From positions 63,488,001 through 63,552,000 of the forward strand of contig OZ336885.1 of NCBI GenBank assembly GCA_965287045.1: 64,000 bases of DNA, in the 5' to 3' direction. Shown in pieces: positions 1-13,239 of the stretch. The notes below the pieces were generated by a model that was given only the letters and a program-made list of their open reading frames with translations, was not told where the DNA came from and made no database searches. This stretch comes from Carcharhinus amblyrhynchos. Lineage: Eukaryota. The position numbers and the translations under genes are program-made. Within the stretch, counting starts at the first letter, position 1; every line of letters starts with the position of its first letter.

Positions 1-372
1 TAGGGGTGAGAAAGTTGACAAATATATCTGAAAGTGTTCACCGCACTATTCATGGATGCATCGATCCTCAGATTCAAACATTGTTCAGATGCTAGTTCTA
101 TCCACCTCTGATTTTTTTTAGTCTAACTCCATAGACAATTGAATGAATAGGTACAGCTGCCTGCTTGTTTCACATTTCAATGCAATGCATTTCGAAAACA
201 ATTGTCACCTTTTCTGGAAGGAGGTCATTCAATTACATTTTCGAAGTGCAAGTGGTCTCTTTGCTCTGTGATAAATCACAATACAGCCGATAGAACAATC
301 ATTATTCTACTGTTGCTGGCAAGCTTGAACGTGGTTTCATGTCCTCTTTGCATAAATGAGCACGAACCTTTC

Positions 373-470
373 GAACATAAGAACATAAGAACATAAGAAA
401 TAGGAGCAGGAGTAGGCCATCTAGCCCTTCGAGCCTGCCCCGCCATTCAATAAGATCATGGCTGATCTGT
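373..470 (-). mobile_element. Very short 5'-truncated CR1 LINE 3' tail (young subfamily)
   Basis: Reverse complement (ACAGATCAGCCATGATCTTATTGAATGGCGGGGCAGGCTC...CTATTTCTTATGTTCTTATGTTCTTATGTTC) is nearly identical to the 3' UTR/tail of the CR1 at 14825-14907 and ends in (TTCTTATG)n repeats. Confidence 0.9.
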
Positions 471-2057
471 CGTATGTACATTCGGCGGGAATGTTACGTG
501 CTACATTTTGTGGTGGTAATACAACAGACCAAGTTAATCCAAAATATTTTATTTTCATCAATGTATTAAAATTTGATGTTCGTGGGTTAAAACAAAATTA
601 TATTTCAGCGAGTGACAAGTCCTGTAAACATTGCAAACATGGTGGATCAAAAGAGGACAAATATTAATTTCAAAGAATTGCAAACCATGCCACTTGCCTA
701 ATTCTTTCAATACATATTGGCAGGCGCTGTGCTCTGCAACACAACAAATGGCATGTCAAATTTTGTTCCCGAATATTTATTCTTCAAACAAAATTATTTT
801 GCAATATCTCTGGCATAGTCATAATACAAAAGTCGGTGTTCATTTTCTTCTTCAGAAATCTGGATTCCACTCACACAGTTGAATGAACTGAAATTTTTGA
901 GAAGGAAGTGTTTGCCAAAAATTATTCCACAACATTAATAAAAAATGCTGCGTTATTGAAATATGCGAAGTGATGAAAAAAAACTTACAATCTTGAATTT
1001 GAAATTCCTGTTTATAATTTTACCACCATGTTTTGCAGAACTGTAGACGCTGAAAATGCTAAATATGGGCTCCCAGAAGCATAATTGAAATCGCCTGCCG
1101 AACTCGCCATTTCCAATGCCGATGCTGCATGGAGCATCCCAATGAGGTGTCGTTGCATACAACAAAATGTCATTAGAGACTCAATGATCAACAGTGTTGG
1201 TGCCGCCGGGCAGGAAAGCCGTGTATTGAGGCAGGCGAGCAGTAGACGCAAGGAAACGAAGCCCAGGTAGCAGGGGGTGAGGTCTGAAACCGAGTAATGA
1301 AAGGCTGCCTGTCAGGCGGGACGCAAACTACGATCTTAACACGCACAATTATCTTCATTTATCGTTTATTTATTTCATTTTTTATATCAATAGCTGATCT
1401 TTAAAATAAGTCTATGTGCATGAATGGGCGCTCCACCATCTCCTGAGGACATCTTCGTATTTACTTCAATTGTTCATTGTTGAAATATAGGACTTTTTTT
1501 GTGACGGGAGGTCTATGCATCCATCGTGGAACAATGTCTGAATGGACATATAATTAACATGAACATAGATCATTGATGGGCGTTATTTGACCAATACAGA
1601 ACAGGCCAAGGAACTGCAAAACACATCGTGTTCACGATGTGAACTGTCCATACAATAGGACGGCGAGTTTGAGGTCTTGAGTCGCACAAGATCTTCGAAA
1701 TGTTTTTTTTTTCGTTTGGGCGTCGTTACCGAACGCCTGCCTCTGTGTTATTTTTTTCAGGTACTTTGTCGGAAATTGCAATTAAACCCCGTGCAATATT
1801 AAATCATCTAAGTTGTCGTATTGGCTTCACGTAATTTGCCCGAATTTTGTCTGCTGATACTTCAAATATACCAGTGTGGCCTCTGACTTCACCGTGCATA
1901 ATTTTAAACACATCATGTTACAAATGTTTTCGGTTTCCTTTGCTCGAAAGAAGCAAGAATTAAGAATGTTTCCATTTTTTTGTTAATGCTCTGTGTTGTA
2001 CATGTGAATTCTCAAAATATTTTCGACCAGTTTGCTTACTCCAATTGTTTACCCTGG

Positions 2058-2851
2058 TGTCTTCATTTGCAAGATGGGCAAAGGGCAAACACAAGTAAAG
2101 GTTCAACAGTGTTATTAATAACACGACTAACCCTTACAATACCTAAATTAAATAAGAGGATACCCGAGATTCAAGTATATTACCCGTTAAGATGTTTTGG
2201 TTAAAACTGCAGGCTCGAATTCTCTGAGTCCGTCTGGTCCACCGTCACCAAGCTGAGTCTCGATGGCAGCTTCTTCCTTCCATTCTTATCTGGTGGGTCT
2301 TCCGAATGGTCAAGGGTAGAGCCCTTCATCGAGTCTTCGCCCCTAGTGTACTTGAAAATGTCTCCGTGTAATGCCTGTCTGCTTGCCTTTCAAGAAACTC
2401 CTCTGGTTTCCAGCCGATGAGGGCCCAGGAGGGGGTCCCAAGACCCGGTGGGTTTCTCAATGTCTGCCTGACAGGACACCAGGGTCACCACCCCGCTCCC
2501 CCTCCACCCACCCCATAGCGCCCTCCGGTGTCCATCTTCATGCTGTTCCTGGCATGCAACCTGTTATCAGATTAAGCAAACTGTCGGAACTCGCGGTGAC
2601 AGAAAGTCTGGCCCGTTCTGGGCTTCTAACAATAGGCCCGTGCATTTCAACAGGGTGCAATGAACTCCTGCGAAGTATCAGTCGGATGCAACGATCTTTG
2701 ATGGACGATTAATGAATCAGGCCGAGCCGGTATTGTCTATTATACAAATGGCTGCCCGAGATTTGACAGTGTTTGTTTTTAATATGTCCAGTTCTTTAAT
2801 TTAGGATATCCAATGTTATCTGCCTTAAAACTAGGCCCTGTTTATATCACA
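2058..2851. mobile_element. Possible solo LTR
   Basis: A ~790-bp GC-richer block in AT-rich DNA, starting TG and ending CA, flanked by CCTGG/CCTGC (4/5 match, possible 5-bp TSD). No coding content and no family recognised. Confidence 0.35.
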
Positions 2852-5800
2852 CCTGCGTCTGTGGGCAGCAGAACTCCATGCAGCTTTCCAACTCGGCCAC
2901 AACTGGAGATAAGTGAACGTTTCAGAGAACTGCATTATTTGGTATGATGAAGACACGTCAGCTATTGTGTTCTGGGCACCATGCCAATCTATCTGCATAC
3001 TGCACATAGATGCCACATTTTCTTAATTGCCAAATTTATCTTCAATCATCCTCACGTTCCCACGATCTATTCTGCAAGACGCTCTGAGACACAAATACAT
3101 GAAACATTTCACACTTTTAGACTTCAATTTCAATTTTTCACTGTGTTTAACATATTAATCCGTTTGTTTATTACTTTGGATTTTACATTATTTGCTGCAT
3201 AATGTTCAAATTGTTCAAATGTATGCTGACCGACGTTATGTTTACGGTAACACATTGTTTCCTCAGTTTTATCAAATGCATTGAAGCAGCCACTTCCAAT
3301 GCAGGAAATGTGCACAAATTGTGATTGCAAAAAAGGTCTTGTAGGCTCCACGAAAAGCATGAGCATTGAGCCCAAAGTGTAACCACGCTAAAAAAAAGAT
3401 TGGTATTTACATTAAGTGCTTTATGTTTGACTGTTGAAGGATATATTATGGAGCATGCTTCTCTAGTGTCCCCCACGCCCCCCTCCCCCCACCCCACCCA
3501 GTTCTTTATCACAAACAATATCTAGACTGCCCGTGATGCAATTTCAGTTGGATATTTGATTAAAGTGGACAAATTGTGAGCTTTTCACATTTAAATGTGG
3601 CACGCTATCCTGGAATCAAATACAGCCATATTATATAGCTAGCCTACAAAAATAATTTCCTCAGTATGCAAAAAAAAGAGATGTGTGCAATTCCTGCAAC
3701 GAGTGCAGTGACACGTTAACCCTAATTTATGACATATCCCGCCTCCACCCGATTCTTATCCTCTCCATGCATAGACAAAAACAACATCAGTCCAATTCAA
3801 ACATTGTTATATTGGAAGCAATCATTGCAGAAAATCGACCAACTTTCTTCAGTTCCAAAAACTGTGCAAGGCACATGGCTCCGTTGGTGCTAACATCGGA
3901 TAGGAAAAATTTGCATGAAGATCTACCAGAATACATAACAGCCGAGCTATTTTAATGTTTATAAATGATCACAAATTTGTCAGCATTCGGATTATGTTTG
4001 AGTTGCATACTCCAGAAAATTTTGCATTACATGTGTCGTATGCCCTGACTGCGTTGTTTTCTTTCTTCATACGTATTCCAATCAACAGACAAGTGTGGTC
4101 AGAATCAAAGGCACAATCCCAAATGTCACGTAAGTCAAAAGCTCAGTTACTACAAAAACCGTGGATGTCTTCACCAACGGCAGTAAACAGACTGCAAAAT
4201 GGATGGAAGCTGAACTGTTCTGTTGCTTTGGAGTCATTTGTTCATGATCACTTGGCAAGTGAGTTTCATGAAAGAGGTCGATATCGAAAGCATAAAGGAG
4301 GAAATTAGCGAAGAAGTCATCTCGCTTACAATTTGACGAGGCTCGGCTGCTGTGTCCCACTACAGACAATTATCCTGCAGAATCCACGTGAATTAAGCTG
4401 TAATCTGGACGCATGTTTCCTTGCCTCCATGTATACTATGAAATTTCAGACTATAAAATGGAGCATAATTAGGGTATTCGGCCGATCGAGCCTGTCCAGC
4501 CATTCGATCTTGATTGATATGCTCCCCATCCCCATTTTTGCTGCCTTCTCCCCATAACCCTTCAAATCATTACCAATTAATAATCTGGCAACTCGTCCTT
4601 AAATATTGTCACTATCGAAACAACCAGCGCACTTAGTTTAGATAAATCCATAGATTGCCAGCCCTTTGAAAGAAGTATGTTCTTTTTTCCTTATCTCTCT
4701 CCTAACATTGCTACCCATTATGCTATGTCCACAACCTTTCGTTTCAGAATGCACAACAAGAGAAATTTTCCGCTCCACGTCGACTTTATCAATAAATTTG
4801 ATCATCTCACACATTTCAAGCGGGTCTTCCCTCATTCCACTAAATTCAAGACAGTAAAATGGTGACATGTGTAATCTATCTTCACACAATAAAAACAAGT
4901 GTTTCTCTGGAATCAATCTATTGAATGGTCTTGAATGCCGTTACATCATTTCCCAAATACGGAGACTAAATCATTCCAAAGCAGTGCAGATGTAGTCTCA
5001 CAAATTCCTTGTTGAATTGCTACAATATGTTATTTTACTTCTACTCTGTTTCATTAACATTACTGCCAACAATCAATTTGTTTTCTTTCTTATCTACTGT
5101 ACCTGCAGGCTCGTGTTCTGTGACACTTGAACAAGTACACACAGATCTCTCTGCAGTGGATCAGCCCCAAGTATCTCCCCATTAGAGAATAAGTCGTCTT
5201 AAATGCATGACCTGAGATTATCCACTTTAAACGCCAGGTGCCTCATTTGGCCCACTCTCCTAACATATCAATATTCACTTACAGTGTTCTTATTCCCTCA
5301 TTATAAATATTGGCCCGTTTATTTTTGGGTCATCGGCAATTTTGGTCAGACAGCCTTCCAAATTTATATCTATGTCATAGATATACATTGTAAGTATTTG
5401 GGCAAAAGAGCTGAACTCTGTGGTACCACACTAGATAACCCTTGCCATCAGGAAAAAAACAACTTTATCCTGATAATCTTGCCTATTTCCGTCAACCAGT
5501 AGCCTAACCAAGCTAATAGATTACTCCAGTCCCAATGTGATCTGAACTTGTGAATTAAAATTCTGAGCGGAGGCTTATCAAACGCCTTCGAAAAGTCGAT
5601 TGTCTACATCTGCAGCATCCCCATTACTCTATTTGTTTGTCCCATCTTCAAGAAAATCTAGCAATTTAGTCAAACATGAAATGCCCTTCACAAAGGTATG
5701 CTGTTTCTGATGTATAACTTTTTTTTTGATTTTCCAATTGACCTGATATTGTTTCCTTGCTGATTAAGTCTTACACTTTCCCATCAACAGATATTGCCCT

Positions 5801-6807
5801 AACTGGTCTATCATTTTCCACATTTGTGCCCCTTTCCATTTTTGAAAAGCAGTGTCGCATCAGCAATCCAATGAAACCTATCCTGTGTCCAAGGAATTTT
5901 AGAGTATTACAACTAATGGAACCATTATCTTCACCGCCACTTCGTCCAACACCTTAGGATGTTGGCCCACAGGGTCGGGGTTGGGGAGCGGGGGGCAGAA
6001 ATGTCTGTCCTCAATTCCAATTGTTTTCGAAGCTTTTTTTTGAACAATGTTGACTTTCTAAGTTTGACTCTTCCTATTACTTCTGACTTATCCATTTCTA
6101 TAGGGATGTTGCGAGTGTCCCCAACTGTGAAAACTGAGGAAAGTTTGTTTTTAGCAACTATGCCCTTTAATTGTTCCACATCTTATAACGCGCCAGTATA
6201 ATGTTCCAAGGGACCGACATTCACCTTAGCGACTATACTCCCTCTTATATACGTATCGAAAATATTGCTATAATCTTTGATATGGTGCATTAGTTTGCTT
6301 TCGTAATTTGCTTTCGTTCTTCTCATTTCTTCAGTATTGCTTCATGTTTGAAATTATTCTTACCTGTCAGCCTGTCACTGGCCTTTTCAATGTGATAAAT
6401 CTTAGTGTTCATCTTTATATTGTTCCTGACCTCCTCTTTGAATGATGATTTTGTTTACACCATCCCTAAGCACCCCCCCCACCTGCCCCCACCTCCCCCC
6501 CGCCCCGCCTCGCCCCGCCTCGCCTCGCCTCATCCCCATCCTCCGCACCCGCTTCTAATGTTCCTTCCCACTCCCACTGGGGTGCATTTTAGTGGTGAGC
6601 GATTGAACACATCCTGAAAAAACTGCCATTATTCTTCCACTGTACTGTTAGGCTTCCTACCCAAACAGCTCGGGCCAAATCTGTCCTCGAGACTATGTAA
6701 CTTTCACAGTTTAGTTCCAATCTGCAAGTGTGAGACTCCACCTTCTCACAATCAAACTAAATTTTGAACAAAATCAAAGAATGCTCATAAATTAATGATG
6801 TTTAATA

Positions 6808-7856
6808 TGATTTGATTTGATTTATTGTTGTTACATATATTAGCATGCAGTGAAAAGTACTGCCCCTTGTACGCTACTCAGACAAGGCTTACTGTTCAGA
6901 GATAAAGAAACAAAAGAGTGGAGAATGCAGTTTTTCCCCTTTCGTAGCTAGAGTCTAAAGAAAGATCAACATAATGCAAAATAATTCAATGCAAAAGTTT
7001 GATAGCAACAGGGAAGAATATGTTACTGATGTGGTTGGTATGTCTCTTTCCTGGAGGAAGAAAGTGGCAGAGAGATTGTCGGGGTGCGCGCTGTCCTTAA
7101 TTCTGCTGGCAGCTTTGCCACGGCAGCGGGAGGTGTAACCAGAATAAAAGGATTGGAGGTTGGTTTGAGGGATGGATTGGGCTACATTTAATACGTTTTG
7201 GACTTCATTGTGGTTTGAGCAGGGCAGAAGCAATACCAAACTGTGACATAACCAGAAGGAATGCGTTCTATGGTGCATCTGAAGAAGTTGATGAAACTCG
7301 TAGCTGACATGCCAAATTCCCTTCGTCTTCTGACAAAGTACAGGCTTTGGTGGGCAGTCTTAACTGCAGTGTCATCGTGGGAAGACCAGGGCAGTTTGTT
7401 GATAATTTTGACACTTTAAAAAAAACTTGAAACTCTCGGTTTCAAGTTTTCTACTTAGGCGGCACAGTAGCACAGTGTTAACACTGCGGCTTCACAACTC
7501 CAGGGGCCTTGGGTTCGATTCCCTTCTCGAGCTACTGTCTGCGTGGAGTTTGCATATTTTCCTCGTGTCTGCGTGGGTGTCTTCCGAGTGTTCTGGTTTC
7601 CTCCCTGAATCCAAAGATGCGCGGGTTAGGTTCATTGGTCATTGTAAAATTGCCCCGTAGTGTACTAGGAGGCTTAGGTTAGAGGGATGAGCGAGTGAAA
7701 TATGTAGGGATATGGCGATAGGGCCTGGGTAGGATTCTGGTCGGTGCAGACTCGAAGGGCTTCTTTCTGCACTGTAGGGCTCTATGACTCTTCTACTTCG
7801 GCCCCGTTAATTTAAACTGGGGCATGTTTTCCTTTACACTTCCTAAAGTCGATGAC
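6808..7856 (-). mobile_element. Rex1/Babar-type LINE, 3' part
   Basis: Minus-strand translation gives VIDFRK..HAPV.INGAEVE and NVAQSIPQTNLQSFYSGYTSRCRGKAASRIKDSAHP, typical of the Rex1/Babar C-terminus. It ends in AATAAATCAAATCAAATCA at 6808-6826. Confidence 0.75.
7457..7790 (+). mobile_element. tRNA-derived V-SINE (shark HE1-type) nested in Rex1
   Basis: GGCGGCACAGTAGCACAGTG head with a B-box (GGTTCGATTCC), V-domain GTGGAGTTTGCATATTTTCCTCGTGTCTGCGTGGG and a CR1-like tail. Exact 8-bp TSD TTCTACTT at 7449-7456 and 7791-7798. Confidence 0.9.
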
Positions 7857-7874
7857 TGACTAGCACAGTTCAAC

Positions 7875-8900
7875 TTAGCTAGAAGCAGAATTTAAAAGAT
7901 GATAATTTGTGTATTGCGACCTGAAGTAAGAGCTAATTTGCAAAAGGTCAAAAGGATCATGTTAATATGTGGTTTAAACATTGCTGTGGGAGAATTGGGT
8001 TTGTATCAATGGGGCACTGAAAAATGAAAGCAGTATTGGGGAAGATGGTACCTGTTCCGATGGGACAGGCTTCATTTGAATCATGTTGGATCAGCATCCG
8101 AGCGAATCGCATAACTAGGGCTCTGGAATTCGATTTTAACTGAATGGGGTCAGTGTTCAGTTATATGGAAAACTAGAAAACTAAATTAAAGTAGGAGTGA
8201 AGAGTGCCAGATAGTGATGTGCTGGATGATTACAAGACTATAAAGGTGAGAGGCAGAACGGGTGAACGTCTTTCTGGACGAATTAATTATAAAAAATAGG
8301 GGAAATTTCCTAGTAGAGCAAATTGAAAATGCTTGCATCTAAATGCGCGAAGCGTTCGGTAAACAAAATGAGTTATGACATATACAGAATCAAAACTTTA
8401 TTACTTGGACGTGATGACTGATACGTAGTTACAAGGAGACTGCTTCTGGAAATTGAACTTCAAAAATTACTCAGAATTTCGGCAAGATAGGCGGAATGGA
8501 AATGGAATGTTACTGGCGAAGAAAAGGATTAGTGTTGTAATGAGAAATGGCGGAAGTACTGAAGCTTAAAATGTGAAATAAGTCTGGGCAGAAATAAGAA
8601 GTAGCCTGGGCAAGAAGCACCTGTTAGGAGTAACCTTAGGTCTCAAAGCAGTTGTTCAAATTTAGGGCAACCGGGAAGTACTGATGCTTGCAAAAAATGC
8701 ACAACAATATTCAGGAGATATTTTAATATGCACCTCGATGTCGAGAATACATATTGACGAGGGGAGTTCTGAGGCAGAATTAATTGAATGCACTAGCGAT
8801 TGCTCCTTGGAACAGCATGTTGTGGAATCAATCCGGGAGCAGGCTATTCAGGTGTTGACAATGTCGAATGAGGTGCGACTGATTCATAACCTCATGATTT
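7875..8900 (+). mobile_element. Inverted internal segment of the old CR1 (ORF1 end + ORF2 endonuclease)
   Basis: Plus-strand remnants WDRLHLNH (SGNH block V, ~8061), LNARS (APE endonuclease start, ~8339) and LEQHVVESIREQAI (8684-8914 ORF). Orientation is opposite to the flanking CR1 parts. Confidence 0.75.
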
Positions 8901-8904
8901 TTCA

Positions 8905-9022
8905 GGTTTGCTGATGGCACCAGCTTAGTGGGTCGGATGACGAGGCAGAGAACAGAAATGAGCTCGGGAATCTGGTGAACTGGCGTAGCAACATTAATCT
9001 CCGCCTCAACGTCAACAAAACT
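8905..9022 (+). mobile_element. Rex1/Babar RT fragment (5' part of the 6808-7856 element, inverted)
   Basis: Translates as FADGTSLVGR..EAENRNELGNLVNWRSNINLRLNVNKT (degenerate FADD motif region) and ends where the minus-strand piece resumes (VIDFRK). Confidence 0.75.
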
Positions 9023-12000
9023 ATCCAGCTTCTTCCCTCTCAGCTCAGCTCCTGAAGTGAAGGTCGAAAAGGCCAGAAGTTGTTGATAACCCTTAACAGA
9101 ATATCTGCCATTGTCTTATCTATGTCATTGCTACCTACGTGGGCAACAACAGCTGGATATTTACACACCCACTCCAAGTTACTCTGCAGCCCAGATGGGA
9201 TACCCTATTCCCGAGCACAAGATAGACAACAAAACGTTCAGGACTCCCCATCCTGCTCACAGAGAGCAGTGTCTATGCACTAACAATCCTAGTCCCACTG
9301 ATAATGTCATTTATTTTCTCTCCACCACTTTAGCATTTCCCCGCACCACGGCGCTGGGTCAGTTGGCTCACCGTTCCTGCAGTCTCTCTTCCTAACTTCA
9401 CAGGGAGCAATAACCTGGAGATTGATGGACAAGGAAAGGGGCTCGCAGCTAAACCTTCCTCTCCCTGATCACTGAGCAAATGCATGTTAGTCGTCGAAGG
9501 GGTGCCTTCTGAATGCCTTTTGAGCCACAGTGGCCAGGTAACGCTCCTCTTCCCGGAAGTTTTGCACCGTCTGAAACTCAGAAGACAGCTCATCAAGTCT
9601 GAGCTTGAGTTCTTCGAGCAACAAACATTGACTGCTGACGTGGTCACTTGGGACTGCAATGGGTTCCACCAGCTTCCACGTGCAGGAGCAAATACATCAT
9701 TTGTTTTGAATTCGATTTTTTTGTTTACATATAGATCGATCTGTTTTTTGCTCAGTTTGTTACCTCAGTATGATCACAACATTTAGCCGTTGATTTATCA
9801 CAGTTTCAAGTTTAACACACATTCAATTTTAACACAGATTACGTATAAGCCAGACAGCAGCCTTCTTGTTCCATCACTTTTCAGTTTCACCCCCAGCCGA
9901 AATCAATCAGAATCAGTAAACATTTGCTTCCCCGTCGGACCTACTACTCGCTTCCTCTCAGCTCGTCCCGTGAAGTGCACATGCAAGTTCCCGAGGTATT
10001 GTATTTAAAAGCCATACGTTCCCAGCATGCTCTCTTGGGTGCTCCCCGATCAGCTCCGCCCTGAAGTTGTTGATGCAATTAATGGGAGATGTGCCAAGGA
10101 AGGGCTGAGAGTCCGAAATGTAACAACATATTTTCGAAATCGGACTTCCCTTTGAAGATTTATTCCATTTGAAATTGTTTGTGCGCACAAAGATTCTCTA
10201 TTTCGTCCGAAGCCGATTGCAAATGTTGGCGGCAATCATCAATCCCACATCGCAGCTTGATTAATTGCGGGGAGACCCTTTGTTTTCACTTGATTTTCGC
10301 CTTTGGGAACGTCAAGGGCAACGGCACCGGCAAAAGGCATATGGTGCCTTATTCGATCTGAAGACAACATTCAACAGATCATATTATCAGAAATAGAACA
10401 CTACTTTGCTGAAATATTTTCTGTATCCGTTCAATTTGTTCAGCCTAAGACACTTCCAAAACGAAATGAACATGAATTTAGGCCCTTAAAATGACAGATC
10501 CGAATGGTTCTAGATCAACTGAGCACTCAAGCGAAGTTGTTTTGAATGGTCATCAATCAACGAATGCATTTTCAATTTTTGTTTGTCATTTCCCATGAGG
10601 GCAACCATACGTGTTGTCAAATTCAGTACAAAAATTACATTCAAAACAATGAGCTGCTCCGTGTTCATGATTACATTCTGACAAGAAAGGATGTGACACG
10701 CCTTAAGCAAAACATGGCTAGATCGCCAAATTGCAGAGGTTGCGTTTACGATCAGCAGCAGGAATGCAAATACACAAGGCTGAGGGGAGACCATGGTAAA
10801 CATTGATTAGTATTGCCACTGCCATTTTGCCAATGTCTGTCATATTCATGTAGTTTAGATCAGTAACAACATGTCACACTATGATAAAACGAAAAAGAAG
10901 AACACAGTGCAATATCCATCAGTGTAAACGCAAATCGTGTGTATAGATTTTGAAAGAACTGTCTCTCTACCACGAATACAAAATTATAAACCCACCAATC
11001 GGGCAGCAACAGTGAATTTCTGTCTTTTCTTGAGGATAGAGCAATTCAGTGCCATAGACTGTGGTGGAGCCTTTGACTCCCATCAAAATGAAATGTCCCA
11101 ACGGAGGGCTTAAGAATTATTAATTTCAACAATGCAGTTTTAGGAGGAAGAATACCGCTCTACGTTGTCTCTGTCATATCTCATAATAGGGGCGGGGTGG
11201 GGGGGAGGGGCTGGTGGACCGCAGTTGTTTGCGAAATCAATTTCAAGGGAGAAAATTAACTACAGAATGACACTGTGGGTGTATTAACAAAAATATTAAA
11301 ATTAAATAATGTGCTTCCTCCTAGCAAAAAAAAGGAGGCCCACATATACACATGGGTAAAAATAAAAATGATAGTTATTGTCGTGATAAACTGTTATTGA
11401 AAAAAAATGATATGGAATTCTGGCGCAGATCAGTTCTGCTAGGAATTAATGGTGGAAATGTTTCTGTGACCGTTCGGCCACCGTTTGTTCTCTTTTTTTA
11501 AAAGTTTAACAGAATTATTTTATTTGCTCCATCATATGGACCAAATAAAATTGCAACAATTAATTACTCAGCGTTCTGCATAAGGCAGCACGCTGCTTAC
11601 ATTTTAATTACGATCACTGCATGTGCAATATGCTGGAAAAGAACAATTACAATATTGAACGGTATTACGAATGAGCCAAAAACCATTAAATATTAACTAA
11701 GTAAATATTGGAAGCCATGTACCTTTCTCTTTTTCCCTCAGTTTTCTCTCTTCATTAGACAAACATTTGATTTTATAAATATATAACTCTAAAGATACAT
11801 TAGCGAACATTTTAAGGTTATCACACAAAAACAATCTGCTACTTACTTTCAGAAGACCATGTAGAGGGAACATTTTAAAGTAAAAATGCTCCCCGGTTTC
11901 CTCATAATTTTCGATAATGGAAAGTAATGTGCAATTTGATTAATTATTGTCACTAGCGACACGGACATTTTCAAAATAAAATTTAAACTGCTGAAACAAA

Positions 12001-13082
12001 TAGTGCAATAATTCTCAAGAACGTAACATATTGCGGGTGATGAAAGAAAACGGACAGATTTGGATAGTTTTTCTTTCAACGATTTGCTGAGGTGAATTAA
12101 AAGTGCGGAATGACGTACGGAATAAAATTCCACAAATTGAAATTTTGCCGCATGAAGCAATGAGCTAACGCTGAGCGAATATTGGCATCAGATTAACATA
12201 ATATGTTTGGAGGAGTTTGGTAATGTGCATATGTGTCACTGCTGGAAGCCGTCATCAGGATTTCGGACATTTCTTTTCACTACAAGGTTCAGCGGCAATC
12301 AGTCGACCGTTTGTAAGATGGCTTATATTGGGCAATTATTTCCACCATCAACTTGGCTGAAAAAGTGAAATGCTATTCAGCACATAATCACTACAATGAG
12401 TCTTCCAAATCTCGAGAAAGATAATGCCAAGCATTTTGCCGCCGTTAGAGGGCAGGTAAAATGGCAGGTCGAGGACGGTTGGAACATAAAACGAGCGTCA
12501 TTTCAAAATTTCAATTTTGCACTGCACAATTTGCTTTCCACATCGAAACCACGTTCGTTTACCCGCTGCCAAATGGTTTGCTGACGGACGCCAGTCAAAG
12601 TGATATTAATGTACCGCGGCCAATCGTTACCATGAGGTTGGCTTACTGCCCGTTAGTTGTTCTCAAAATAATCTCGCTATTTTACTCAGCAAAACAAACC
12701 GAATGTAACCTTGTAAGACATGTTTTTTTGATTGTGTTGAACGGAGAACTGCTCATATCTTAAATGAACAGAATTTATGGCAGTAATCAAACACCTTTTC
12801 TCAGAAGTCACACTCTGACATCACGACTGAACATCGTCCTGAGCCCATTCATTGTGCCTATGAAAAATTATACGGTGCCGGTTGGTTAGGGACGGCTGCC
12901 ATTGCACTGTTCACAACGCTTTGAAAATAAAGGGTTGCAGCCTTTTTGTGAAATTCGGCGGCAAATATCTGGGCGAACTGAATCATGAGGTTGAGTTCGG
13001 ACTCTCACTAAAAGAAGGGTAGAACTGCCGACTTTCTGGCATAGACAAATTCTTCTCTTTCTTGTCTTCTGGTCTTGACTTC

Positions 13083-13239
13083 TGGCCTTGTCTGTACCTT
13101 TGAAACATGATTAACTGTTAAACTCGCATTCCAACTAATATTTCGTAACATAGTGTCCTTATATGTCCTGGTTGTGAATTGAAATCCCACTCACATGACG
13201 AAGGGTCAACGGTCCGAAAGCTGGTGGCATATGCTACCA
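13083..13239 (+). mobile_element. Penelope-like-element-derived terminal repeat fragment (continues at 14908-14937)
   Basis: Resembles the abundant shark repeat recalled as ...CTCGCATTCCAA...CCCACTCACCTGACGAAGG...CCGAAAGCTAGTGGC..TGCTACCAAATAAAC...TTGTGAGACTT. Here it is split at GCTACC(A)|AAATAAAC by the CR1 insertion. Confidence 0.6.
13195..13222 (+). ncRNA. Degenerate minimal hammerhead-ribozyme-like motif
   Basis: (A)UGACGA-A-GGGUC-AAC-GGUCC-GAAA-GCU. The core boxes nUGANGA and GAAA enclose a 5-bp stem II (2 G-U pairs). The first core C is A here. Confidence 0.4.

Larger units (their letters stand above)
4445..10060 (-). mobile_element. Old near-full-length CR1 LINE (ORF1 + ORF2 remnants), interrupted by Rex1, a SINE and an inversion
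   Basis: Minus-strand ORF1 remnants: coiled coil LEELKLRLDELSSEFQT (9487-9669) and SGNH-type HVGSNDID (~9118-9141). Degenerate ORF2/RT lies at about 4600-6780 and a CR1-type 3' UTR at about 4445-4560. Many stops and frameshifts. The 5' boundary is uncertain. Confidence 0.75.

Noticed and set aside
1085-1270. CxC motif (MRCRCIQ), and similarly RLECSCL near 17870, as possible chemokine exon 2
   Set aside because: No third cysteine at the expected spacing. One has a poor acceptor and the other an early stop.
3413-3434. TAAGTGCTTTATGTTTGACTGT resembles miR-302/430 family mature sequences
   Set aside because: The flanks give only a short 8-9-bp stem, not a pre-miRNA hairpin, and there is no cluster of copies.
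4152-4160. RSS-like nonamers ACAAAAACC (4152, 32714) and heptamers CACTGTG (11271, 60672)
   Set aside because: None has its partner at 12- or 23-bp spacing, and no FGxGT/WGxGT J-segment follows.
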